Shown here one piece after another: positions 9,582 through 18,053 of a DNA stretch of 64,000 bases. Position 1 is the stretch's first letter; each line of letters starts with the position of its first letter. Where the stretch lies: contig CALUEX010000050.1 in NCBI GenBank assembly GCA_944319815.1, positions 13,372 through 77,371 of the forward strand, read 5' to 3'. Both the position numbers and the translations under genes were made by a program. Source of the DNA: an uncultured Prevotella sp. GTDB taxonomy: Bacteria > Bacteroidota > Bacteroidia > Bacteroidales > Bacteroidaceae. The notes under the pieces were generated by a model. That model was not told the origin of the DNA and made no database searches. It was given only the letters and a program-made list of their open reading frames with translations.

Positions 9582-9761
9582 TTACGGATTATACATATCT
9601 TTACAATAATAATCTAGAATGTCGTCAAGCATCCTTTTTGCTTCAACAGCAGGACTGTCAGGGTCCAGCTCGATAGCAACAATATAATTATTGATTGCTT
9701 CTTGCCAGTTACCCTGTTTCCTGAAGTGATTGCCTAATTCGTAATATTCATTTGCTGTCAT
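9582..9761 (-). CDS. 59-aa single-TPR mini-protein
   Basis: Hand translation [59 protein letters not shown]; matches the TPR consensus (Y..LG......G.W.EA...Y..A.ELDP); TAATG overlap with the folD stop; below the ORF-track cutoff. Confidence 0.8.
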   Translation of the reverse strand: MTANEYYELGNHFRKQGNWQEAINNYIVAIELDPDSPAVEAKRMLDDILDYYCKDMYNP

Positions 9762-10645
9762 TACTTATAATATTCCTTCTTACCTGCTGCCAATGTGTTT
9801 TTCATCAACGAACAAATAGTCATTGGACCTACACCACCTGGCACAGGGGTGATAAATGAACATTTTGGAGCAACCTCATCAAACTTCACGTCGCCATTAA
9901 GACGGAAACCGCTTTTCTTTGAAGCATCAGGTACACGTGTTGTACCTACGTCTATTACAACCGCGCCATCTTTCACCATATCGGCCGTTACGAAATCAGG
10001 CTGGCCAATAGCGGCAATAATTATGTCAGCTTCACGGCATTCTTGCTTCAATGTCTTAGAATGGCTATGACATACCGTAACTGTTGCATCTCCGTATTTC
10101 TTTTGCATCATTAATTGAGCCATTGGCTTGCCGACGATGTTGCTTCGTCCCAATATGACACACTTTTTGCCCGAGGTCTCTATGCCATACCTACGCAACA
10201 ATGTCAATATGCCGAGTGGTGTAGCCGAAATGAAACAAGGCAAGCCGATTGCCATCCTGCCGACATTGATTGGATGGAAACCGTCAACATCTTTACGGTA
10301 ATCAATCGCCATTATTATTTTCTGCTCGTCTATGTGACCGGGCAAAGGCAACTGCACGATGTAACCGTCAACGTTGTCATCCTCGTTAAGTTCCTTAACT
10401 TTGGCAAGAAGCTCATCTTCCGTGACATCTTCCTCAAATCGTATGAGCGTACTTGTGAAGCCACAAGCCTCACAGGCAATCACCTTATTCTTTACATAAG
10501 TTTCGCTTCCACCGTCATGGCCAACCAACACAGCTGCAAGATGCGGGCGCTTGCCGCCGCTTGCCACTATTTGCTTAACCTCCTCGGCTATTTCAGCTTT
10601 TACCGCAGCCGCGGTAGCCTTGCCGTCTATCAATTTATAATCCAT
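9761..10645 (-). CDS. folD: Methylenetetrahydrofolate dehydrogenase/cyclohydrolase
   Basis: [45 protein letters not shown]. Confidence 0.97.
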   Translation of the reverse strand: MDYKLIDGKATAAAVKAEIAEEVKQIVASGGKRPHLAAVLVGHDGGSETYVKNKVIACEACGFTSTLIRFEEDVTEDELLAKVKELNEDDNVDGYIVQLPLPGHIDEQKIIMAIDYRKDVDGFHPINVGRMAIGLPCFISATPLGILTLLRRYGIETSGKKCVILGRSNIVGKPMAQLMMQKKYGDATVTVCHSHSKTLKQECREADIIIAAIGQPDFVTADMVKDGAVVIDVGTTRVPDASKKSGFRLNGDVKFDEVAPKCSFITPVPGGVGPMTICSLMKNTLAAGKKEYYK

Positions 10646-10663
10646 ACGACTCTATTTGATTAA

Positions 10664-12007
10664 TTACATCTTGGGCATATTCCTCATGCCTTTCATCGCA
10701 CTCATCATTTGGTTCATCTTTGAACCTGTCATCATCTTCATCATCTTGCGTGTCTGGTCAAACTGTTTTATAAGTTTGCTAACATCCTGCACTGTCGTAC
10801 CAGAGCCCTTGGCTATCCTTGCCCTGCGACTTGTATTCAAGATTTCAGGATTAGTGCGTTCCTTTGGCGTCATACTGAGGATTATTGCCTCTATGCCCTT
10901 AAAGGCGTTGTTGTCAATGTCAACATCCTTTATGGCCTTACCAACTCCAGGTATCATGGAAGCAAGGTCCTTGATATTACCCATCTTCTTGATTTGCTGT
11001 ATCTGTCCGAGAAAATCGTTAAAGTCAAACTTGTTTTTCTGGATTTTTTTCTGCAACCGCTTGGCCTCTTCCTCGTCAAACTGTTCCTGTGCACGTTCCA
11101 CAAGGCTGACAATATCTCCCATGCCCAATATGCGGTCGGCCATACGGGCAGGATGGAACACGTCTATCGCTTCCATCTTCTCGCCAGTACCGATAAATTT
11201 TATCGGTTTCGCAACAACTGTACGTATACTTATTGCCGCACCGCCACGAGTATCGCCATCGAGCTTTGTCAATACGACTCCGTCAAAATCAAGCCTGTCA
11301 TTAAACTCTTTTGCCGTGTTCACGGCATCCTGTCCTGTCATTGCGTCAACAACGAACAAGGTCTCGTCGGGATGAACAGAGTTTTTCAACGTCTCGATTT
11401 CATTCATCATCCCTTCGTCAACGGCCAAACGTCCCGCCGTGTCTATTATAACTACGTCATGGTTTTTGCTCTTTGCTTCCTTTATGGCGTTTTGGGCAAT
11501 CTCTACGACATTCTTGTTGTCCGGCTCTGAATATACAGGTATACCGATTTGCCCGGCAACGACCTTTAGCTGCTCTATAGCCGCAGGGCGGTAAACGTCA
11601 CAAGCCACAAGCAACGGGTTCTTATGCTGCTTCCTTTTCAGCATATTCGCAAGTTTGCCACTGAAAGTGGTCTTTCCTGAACCTTGCAGACCAGACATCA
11701 ATATGATAGACGGACGGCCGTCAAGTTTAAGCCCAACGCTTTCACCGCCCATAAGGTCAGCCAGCTCGTCGTGCACGAGCTTCACCATCATCTGCCCTGG
11801 CTTCACGGCCGTCAGAACATTCATGCCCAAGGCTTTCTTCTTTACAGTGTCGGTAAACGATTTTGCGACCTTATAGTTGACGTCGGCGTCAAGCAGTGCA
11901 CGCCTTACGTCTTTCAAGGTCTCGGCCACGTTTATCTCGGTGATTTTACCCTCACCTTTAAGTATCTTAAAAGAACGTTCAAGTCTCTCGCTTAAATTTT
12001 CAAACAT
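10664..12007 (-). CDS. ffh: Signal recognition particle protein
   Basis: MFENLSERL start (ATG 12007), GLQGSGKTT, DTAGR, TKLDGDTRGG, RILGMGD, Met-rich M domain. Confidence 0.97.
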   Translation of the reverse strand: MFENLSERLERSFKILKGEGKITEINVAETLKDVRRALLDADVNYKVAKSFTDTVKKKALGMNVLTAVKPGQMMVKLVHDELADLMGGESVGLKLDGRPSIILMSGLQGSGKTTFSGKLANMLKRKQHKNPLLVACDVYRPAAIEQLKVVAGQIGIPVYSEPDNKNVVEIAQNAIKEAKSKNHDVVIIDTAGRLAVDEGMMNEIETLKNSVHPDETLFVVDAMTGQDAVNTAKEFNDRLDFDGVVLTKLDGDTRGGAAISIRTVVAKPIKFIGTGEKMEAIDVFHPARMADRILGMGDIVSLVERAQEQFDEEEAKRLQKKIQKNKFDFNDFLGQIQQIKKMGNIKDLASMIPGVGKAIKDVDIDNNAFKGIEAIILSMTPKERTNPEILNTSRRARIAKGSGTTVQDVSKLIKQFDQTRKMMKMMTGSKMNQMMSAMKGMRNMPKM

Positions 12008-12346
12008 AATATTTTTAAAGTATCCTTTTTTAATGAAGTGACAAAATGTAAACTCCACAATGGGGATTTTGCCAATAGCCCCCACTCGTTCGCTTTAATA
12101 TCCCTGCAAATATAGTAATTTACTTACAAAGATTGTGATGGAGACCATAGTATTTAAAATATTTTAAAACACTTTCCTGTAAAAGTGCGCACGGCAAGTT
12201 CATGTGTGCATTTTTATCCTGATGGCACGACTATGACTTTGTAAGTTCAGACGTTTCAAGGCCTTTAATGCAACATAAAACTAAAGTGCGTTCAAAAGGG
12301 AAAAACTGTTATTGAAAGGCTCACAATACTTTTATTTTCAATATGT

Positions 12347-12378
12347 TTTGCACCATACCGGCAAAAACATTACCTTTG
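12347..12378 (+). promoter_or_regulatory. Bacteroidales -33/-7 promoter
   Basis: TTTG 12347-12350, 20-nt spacer, TACCTTTG 12371-12378, upstream of the AraC gene. Confidence 0.65.
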
Positions 12379-12448
12379 TCATCGGTATCCATTGCTACGC
12401 ACATCATGAAAGTCGCCATTGGATAATCGGCCTTTATAAATTTCGATT

Positions 12449-13018
12449 ATGGAAGAAACAACACTACACATAAAAAACATGGTTTGCGACCGTTGCATTG
12501 CCGCCGTATCAACGGTTATCCGCAACTTAGGCCTGACACCGGTATCCATAAAGCTCGGCATCGCGAAAGTCAAGGGAGAACTGGATGCAGGCAAACTTGC
12601 CATTATGCGTAAGCAGCTTGAAGATGAAGGTTTCATGCTGCTCGAGGACAGACAACAACAAACCGTGGAAAAAATAAAAAACACCATTGTCGAACTTGTG
12701 CATTACAACGAACAGCGACAATCAATAAATCTTTCCACTTACCTTTCCGAAAAGATGTGCACCGACTACAGTTCACTTAGCAAAACGTTTTCTGAATACA
12801 CCCAAATGACCATTGAAAAATATTTTATCTTACAACGTGTCGAGAGAGTAAAAGAACTTTTGTTCTACGACGAACTGTCAATATCCGAAATAGCCACTAA
12901 GATGAATTACTCAAGTGTTGCATACTTGAGCACACAATTCAAAAACATTACCGGCATGACGCCGTCACAATTCAAGGCGACAAACAGGAAAGAGCTGAAG
13001 CAACTCGACAAGATATGA
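12449..13018 (+). CDS. AraC-family regulator with N-terminal HMA-like CxxC domain
   Basis: LHIKNMVCDRCIAAV metal-binding motif; C-terminal SISEIATKMNYSSVAYLSTQFKNITGMTPSQFK AraC signature; directly upstream of the P1B-ATPase. Confidence 0.88.
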   Translation: MEETTLHIKNMVCDRCIAAVSTVIRNLGLTPVSIKLGIAKVKGELDAGKLAIMRKQLEDEGFMLLEDRQQQTVEKIKNTIVELVHYNEQRQSINLSTYLSEKMCTDYSSLSKTFSEYTQMTIEKYFILQRVERVKELLFYDELSISEIATKMNYSSVAYLSTQFKNITGMTPSQFKATNRKELKQLDKI

Positions 13019-13045
13019 TTCGAATGGCCATCGGCTATTCGTTAG

Positions 13046-13107
13046 TAGTTAAAGAACTTCAAGCAGTTACCGCTCGTTTCACTCACTAAGGAGTTAAAGA
13101 CAAATGC
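13046..13107 (+). repeat. Dispersed intergenic 'AGTTAA(A/G)G' repeat, copy 1
   Basis: Ungapped 49/62 identity with 16743-16804; related copy at 44621-44686. Confidence 0.75.
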
Positions 13108-13395
13108 TTTTTCCTTTGGGAAGTTAAGGTGTTATGAAGTTAAGATAACGTAAGTTCTGCGTAATCCGCTACATTACATTCATTGTTCCATCCCGTAAAA
13201 TCCAATAAAGAACGGCATTCGTCATCCATATACCACTAAGAACATAAATTCATAAATCTTTTCCACGATTTCGTAACGCCGCGACATGGCGTTTTGCTTA
13301 ATTTTGCACAAGGATAAAACACCTGGGCAACAACGAATGCCTTTCAACAAATCCCTGTGTGGTTTATTCCCTTGCAGACAACAAAAAATAATGTT

Positions 13396-15294
13396 ATGGA
13401 AAAGAAAACTATAGCTGTAACAGGTATGGCGTGCGCCGGATGCGCTGCCAACGTGGAAAGACGACTCAACCAGCTTAAAGGCGTTGAGTCGGCAAGTGTG
13501 AACTTTGCGGCACGCACTGCCCTTGTTGATTACGACCCTAAGGTAATCACCCCGAAAATGATGAAAGAGGAAATCATCAAGGCCGGGTACGACCTCGTGA
13601 TTGACGAGGACGAGTCTGTCGAGAAAATCGAGAAGACCGCTTACCGACGTTTGGTAAAAAGAATGATAACCTCATGGGTGATAGCGTTGCTTACGATGGG
13701 CATATCGATGGGATGGCTCGAAATAGGCGGGAAAAACGCTGCCAACCAAGTTATGTTGATACTCGCGTTGCTCAACATTGTTTATTGCGGCAGCCAGTTT
13801 TACGTCATTGCCTGGAAACAGCTCTGCCACGGCACGGCAAACATGGACACACTCGTTGCCATGAGCACAGCCATATCGTTCGCGTTCAGCGTGTTCAACA
13901 CCTTCTGGGGCGACACGTTCTGGGGTGAGCGCGGCATAGACAACCATACTTATTATGATGCCTCGGTCATGATTATCACGTTCGTACTTACCGGTCGCAC
14001 GCTTGAGGAGAGGGCGAAGAAAAGCACGGCGTCGGCCATACGCGCCCTGATGGGGCTTGCACCGAAGACGGCACGCCTCGTCAGCGGTGACAATACGGCA
14101 GAAGTGCCTATAGCAACGCTTGAAAAAGGCGACATAATCGAAATCCGCCAGGGCGACAAAGTGCCGGTAGACGGAACGGTGACTGCCGGTGAGGCGTACA
14201 TCGACGAAAGCATGATAACGGGCGAGCCTACCCCCGTTTTGAAAACGACGGGCGACAAGGTGTTCGCCGGCACTATCGTAAAACAATCCTCGCTCCGCTT
14301 CCGCGCCGAGGAAGTAGGCTCGGCCACGATGCTGGCCCAAATCATAAAGATGGTGCAAGAGGCCCAGGGCAGCAAGGCACCAGTGCAGCGTGTGGTAGAC
14401 AAAATCGCGTTGATATTCGTCCCTACGGTGCTGGGGCTTTCCGTGCTTACGTTCGTACTGTGGGTTACGCTCGGTGGTGAAGCCATGCTGCCGCGGGCCA
14501 TACTGTCAGCCGTTTCGGTGCTCGTCATCGCGTGTCCGTGCGCCTTGGGGCTTGCCACGCCCACCGCTCTGATGGTAGGCATTGGCAAGGCGGCACGCAA
14601 TAACATCCTGATAAAGGACGCCACGGCGCTTGAGGAAATCCGCAAGGTTGACGCCCTCGTTATCGACAAGACCGGCACGCTCACCATTCCCAACAAGGAC
14701 ATCGACTTCACCAAGGCTGCCGACCTACGTCTTGAAGAACGAGAGACCCTGAAGCCGCACGCACGTGAAGCCATGGAGGCATTGCAACAGGAGGGCATCG
14801 AGGTCTACATGATAAGCGGCGACAAGGACGAGGCCGCAAGTTATTGGGCGAAAAAGGCGGGTATTAAGCATTGGCGCAGCCAGGTGATGCCGCAAGACAA
14901 GGAAGACCTCGTAAGAAGCCTTCAGGCCGAAGGCCACCACGTAGCAATGGTGGGCGACGGCATCAACGACACGCAAGCGCTGGCCGCCGCTGACGTAAGC
15001 ATCGCCATGGGCAAGGGAACGGACATTGCCATGGATGTGGCGCAAGTTACGCTGATGGGCACAGACCTTAGGCGAATACCAGATGCCATAAAACTGTCGC
15101 GCGACACGGTGGGGATGATAAAGCAAAACCTGTTTTGGGCTTTCATATACAACGTCGTCTGTATTCCGCTCGCGGCAGGACTGCCTTACCTGTTTGGTGC
15201 CCACTGGCAGATAACTCCCATGTGGGCAAGTGCCCTAATGGCTTTCTCGAGCATAAGCGTAGTATTAAACAGCCTTAGGCTGAAACTTAAATAG
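13396..15294 (+). CDS. copA: Cu(I)-type P1B ATPase (CopA-like) lacking the N-domain
   Basis: N-terminal GMACAGC, TGE, CPC, DKTGT, SGD, GDGINDT, FIYN and MAFSS transmembrane motifs; only 19 aa between DKTGTLT and ETLKP; start ATG 13396. Confidence 0.85.
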   Translation: MEKKTIAVTGMACAGCAANVERRLNQLKGVESASVNFAARTALVDYDPKVITPKMMKEEIIKAGYDLVIDEDESVEKIEKTAYRRLVKRMITSWVIALLTMGISMGWLEIGGKNAANQVMLILALLNIVYCGSQFYVIAWKQLCHGTANMDTLVAMSTAISFAFSVFNTFWGDTFWGERGIDNHTYYDASVMIITFVLTGRTLEERAKKSTASAIRALMGLAPKTARLVSGDNTAEVPIATLEKGDIIEIRQGDKVPVDGTVTAGEAYIDESMITGEPTPVLKTTGDKVFAGTIVKQSSLRFRAEEVGSATMLAQIIKMVQEAQGSKAPVQRVVDKIALIFVPTVLGLSVLTFVLWVTLGGEAMLPRAILSAVSVLVIACPCALGLATPTALMVGIGKAARNNILIKDATALEEIRKVDALVIDKTGTLTIPNKDIDFTKAADLRLEERETLKPHAREAMEALQQEGIEVYMISGDKDEAASYWAKKAGIKHWRSQVMPQDKEDLVRSLQAEGHHVAMVGDGINDTQALAAADVSIAMGKGTDIAMDVAQVTLMGTDLRRIPDAIKLSRDTVGMIKQNLFWAFIYNVVCIPLAAGLPYLFGAHWQITPMWASALMAFSSISVVLNSLRLKLK

Positions 15295-15308
15295 ACTTTA
15301 TTTCTTTA

Positions 15309-15356
15309 GGAGTTAAGGAGTTATGTAGTAAAGTAGTTAAGACATTAGCCTTTTCA
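15309..15356 (+). repeat. Dispersed 48-bp intergenic repeat
   Basis: Reverse complement of 36668-36715 with 2 mismatches in 48 bp. Confidence 0.85.
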
Positions 15357-15357
15357 T

Positions 15358-15386
15358 TCCCCTCCCCTTGGGGAGGTTGGGAGGGG
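15358..15386 (-). repeat. REP-like CCCCTCCCAACCTCCCC(A/G)AGGGGA palindrome
   Basis: Same motif as the two copies at 48042-48065 and 48095-48118 on the + strand. Confidence 0.75.
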
Positions 15387-15450
15387 AATGGATTACCCGG
15401 ACGCTCAGACTGAGCGTCCCTACTTTAACTACTTTAAAAAAACTCCTTTA

Positions 15451-15643
15451 AACGTCAGTTCGGTATAATGTTAATGCCACATTGATATGGGAAATTACCC
15501 CTCTGTAGGGACATAATTCATTATGTCCGCACGTTCTGGAAGAACGTTTTTATTGACATAGCCTACTTATACGCCTCTCCGCGACGTGCGGACATAATAA
15601 ATTATGTCCCTACAGAGGGTGTTTTCTTATACCGAACTCACGT
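15451..15643. repeat. Nested inverted-repeat element (REP/MITE-like)
   Basis: Outer IR ACGTCAGTTCGGTATA / TATACCGAACTCACGT; inner ~37-bp IR (15497-15534 and 15584-15620) whose arms are GTAGGGACATAA..TTATGTCC hairpins. Confidence 0.8.
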
Positions 15644-15661
15644 ACTTTAACTATTAAAAAA

Positions 15662-16354
15662 TCAATATCCCGGTCTCTTTTCAGCCGATACAGTTACCTG
15701 CACGCTGAACGATGGATTGAAGTTATACCTAACGGCGGCCCCGATACGGTCGCCGATGGCGTTCAGGTCATAAAGCGGCATTGGCATCGGCGTATGCACT
15801 ATTGACTTCTGCCCGAACAAGTATCCCTCCCAATGCTCGTCAAACTTGTATCCCAGCACTGCGTTCAGCCCTGCGTCATGGTAGGCGTCGTGCGCCCAAT
15901 ACATATTATTGAGATAACCGCCTACGGCGATTGACAATTTGCCGGTAAGCGGAACGGCATACATTGCGGCCAGACTCTGCGTGAAACCAGCACCGCGCCA
16001 AGGACTGTCGCCAAACGTAGCGAACACCGACGCACCAAGATTGACATTCAGCCCCGGATGCAACCGCCAATCGTAATACCCCATCCAGTCGAACGGATAC
16101 ATATTTATATATGTCTGCCCCAAGCCGTTCAGTACCGGCAAATGCAAAGAGTCGGTCGGTGCAAAGCCCCCTACCCCATAGCCGTTGCTAACGTATATGT
16201 CTGTAGAAGCGTCCCTGCCGCCGACAATGACGTTGGCCGGTTCAGCCAGAACCACGCCCGTGGTATCAGCCACAGGCGCAATGCCCTTTACTTCCTGGGC
16301 ACTTACGCCAGCCGCACCCACACATAACGCAAATATAAACGCAAGCCTTTTCAT
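15662..16354 (-). CDS. Exported hypothetical protein, possibly an outer-membrane beta-barrel
   Basis: Signal peptide MKRLAFIFALCVGAAGVSA; alternating aromatic beta-strand pattern (AVLGYKFDEHW, AVRYNFNPSFSVQV). Confidence 0.6.
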   Translation of the reverse strand: MKRLAFIFALCVGAAGVSAQEVKGIAPVADTTGVVLAEPANVIVGGRDASTDIYVSNGYGVGGFAPTDSLHLPVLNGLGQTYINMYPFDWMGYYDWRLHPGLNVNLGASVFATFGDSPWRGAGFTQSLAAMYAVPLTGKLSIAVGGYLNNMYWAHDAYHDAGLNAVLGYKFDEHWEGYLFGQKSIVHTPMPMPLYDLNAIGDRIGAAVRYNFNPSFSVQVTVSAEKRPGY

Positions 16355-16742
16355 ACTTTATTGAGGATAATACGAGCGAACGGACGTGGGCCTACCCCAC
16401 TATGTCTTTTGTTTCGCTTAGCCATTTGCAAAGATAATCTCCATCGCGATAAAAACAAAAACTCATGTGCGTTTTTCACCTTTATTATCCTTTTTAGCCA
16501 CTGATTTTTGACTAATTTGCAACGCCCTGTGTTTCAACTCCATACACACAGCATGGCAATATGCCACATTTCGGCTTACAAAAGATGCCCTTTTGCCCTG
16601 CGTTTTGCCACATATTGCAGCGCAAAATGCCACCTTTTGTAAAATGCCGAATTTGGCACGGCCGAACACTTGGCTACTGAAATAAATCACGCACAAGTTT
16701 GGCTGCAAAACAATAAATCATTAACTTTGCATACAGGGATAG

Positions 16743-16804
16743 GAGTTAAAGAAATCGAAGGAGTAAACGTTCGCTTCGCTCGCTAAGAAGTTAAGGACAA
16801 ATGC
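16743..16804 (+). repeat. Dispersed intergenic 'AGTTAA(A/G)G' repeat, copy 2
   Basis: 49/62 identity to 13046-13107. Confidence 0.75.
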
Positions 16805-16975
16805 CTTGTCGGCTTATGCCTGTTAGCGCTTATAGAGCAATTCGCGGATACTCATATAAACTGATAACCCTAAAGTCAAACCGCATAACAAACAACCATA
16901 AAACCTCATAAACGTAAAAACCCATAACCCTAAAACCCCATAACCCCCAAACCCCAAAACCGTAAAACCGTAAAT

Positions 16976-17842
16976 ATGAATTTCTTTAAAGCATTGTTCG
17001 GCAGCAAGGAAGAAAAGCCGGAAGAGAAGAAGAAGGCAGAAGAAGAAAAAAACTTCGACGTTTTGAAATATGACGGAGTGCGCGCATTACGCTCAGGGCA
17101 AGCCGACTACGCCATCAGGTGCTTCAGGCACGCCCTCGGAATAAGAGAAGACCTTGAAGTGAGAGACTACCTGTCGCAAGCGTGCATCAGGGCAGATATG
17201 CTGCCCGAAGCATACGAACAGTTGCTGAAAATCGCTGAGGCACAGCCCGGCAACCAGCAAGTGTTCATCCGTATGGCAAACGTGGCCTACATGATGGAGG
17301 ACTACACGGCGATGGCCGACGCGTGCGAAAAAGCCATACTGATAGACAACGGCAGCGCGGAGGCTACGTTCCTGTATGCAAAGGCGTGCATCGGACACGG
17401 CGACACAACTAACGCCAGAGCCATGCTGACCAAGGCCATAAGCCTGAAACCAGACTACGCCGAGGCATACCTGCTGCGCGGCGAAACGAGGCTGAAATGC
17501 GGCGAGACCGACGAGGCCGACGAAGACGCAAGTCACTTGATGGCAAATTATCCCGAAAGCGAGGACGTGCTGTTGCTGAAAGCAAGGATAGAAGCTGCCA
17601 AGGGTGCGACAGGCGAAGCCATAGCATACTACGGCAGAGTAATAGACGCCAACCCATTCAATGCCGAGGCTTACCGCGAACGCGGCCAAATACGTATTGC
17701 CACGGGCGACGACGCCAATGGCAATGACGACTTGAAGCACGCCGACGAACTGGAAATTAACAAAAGCGATGACGCCGACGGCCAGAACGTAGAGAAGAAA
17801 GTAAACGACGCCTACAAGAACATAAACCCTCTGGGCATATAA
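16976..17842 (+). CDS. Tetratricopeptide repeat protein
   Basis: Multiple TPR units (A..L.PDYAEAYLLRGE, A.PFNAEAYRERG). Confidence 0.88.
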   Translation: MNFFKALFGSKEEKPEEKKKAEEEKNFDVLKYDGVRALRSGQADYAIRCFRHALGIREDLEVRDYLSQACIRADMLPEAYEQLLKIAEAQPGNQQVFIRMANVAYMMEDYTAMADACEKAILIDNGSAEATFLYAKACIGHGDTTNARAMLTKAISLKPDYAEAYLLRGETRLKCGETDEADEDASHLMANYPESEDVLLLKARIEAAKGATGEAIAYYGRVIDANPFNAEAYRERGQIRIATGDDANGNDDLKHADELEINKSDDADGQNVEKKVNDAYKNINPLGI

Positions 17843-18053
17843 AAAGGGCTGGCCGGTCTACTTTAAGCTGTTGGTATGGCTTTAACCCCAATCGGTCTAA
17901 TGATTGATTGGGGTTAAATTAATTATGCAACACCGTATCTTGGATTTTTCAGACAGAAAGGGCACTTACTGAAATACGGACTGTGGCGGCTTGTATATCT
18001 GCCAAGAATTATATACCTTTGTACTAAATTTCATTTCATTTTTATTCGATACA

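Noticed and set aside
13953-14798. Long antisense ORFs (e.g. 13953-14798, 17093-17740, 56926-57723, 10656-11375)
   Set aside because: Shadow frames of GC-rich genes on the opposite strand, with no recognisable motifs
16853-16975. CRISPR array
   Set aside because: Units are ~8 nt and degenerate with no unique spacers, and there are no cas genes in the window
17991-18053. Upstream TTG/GTG starts in the ORF track (17991, 19967, 13357, 38779, 12085, 31981, 9342)
   Set aside because: Several overlap TAnnTTTG promoter boxes or run into neighbouring genes; downstream ATG/GTG starts give family-typical N-termini
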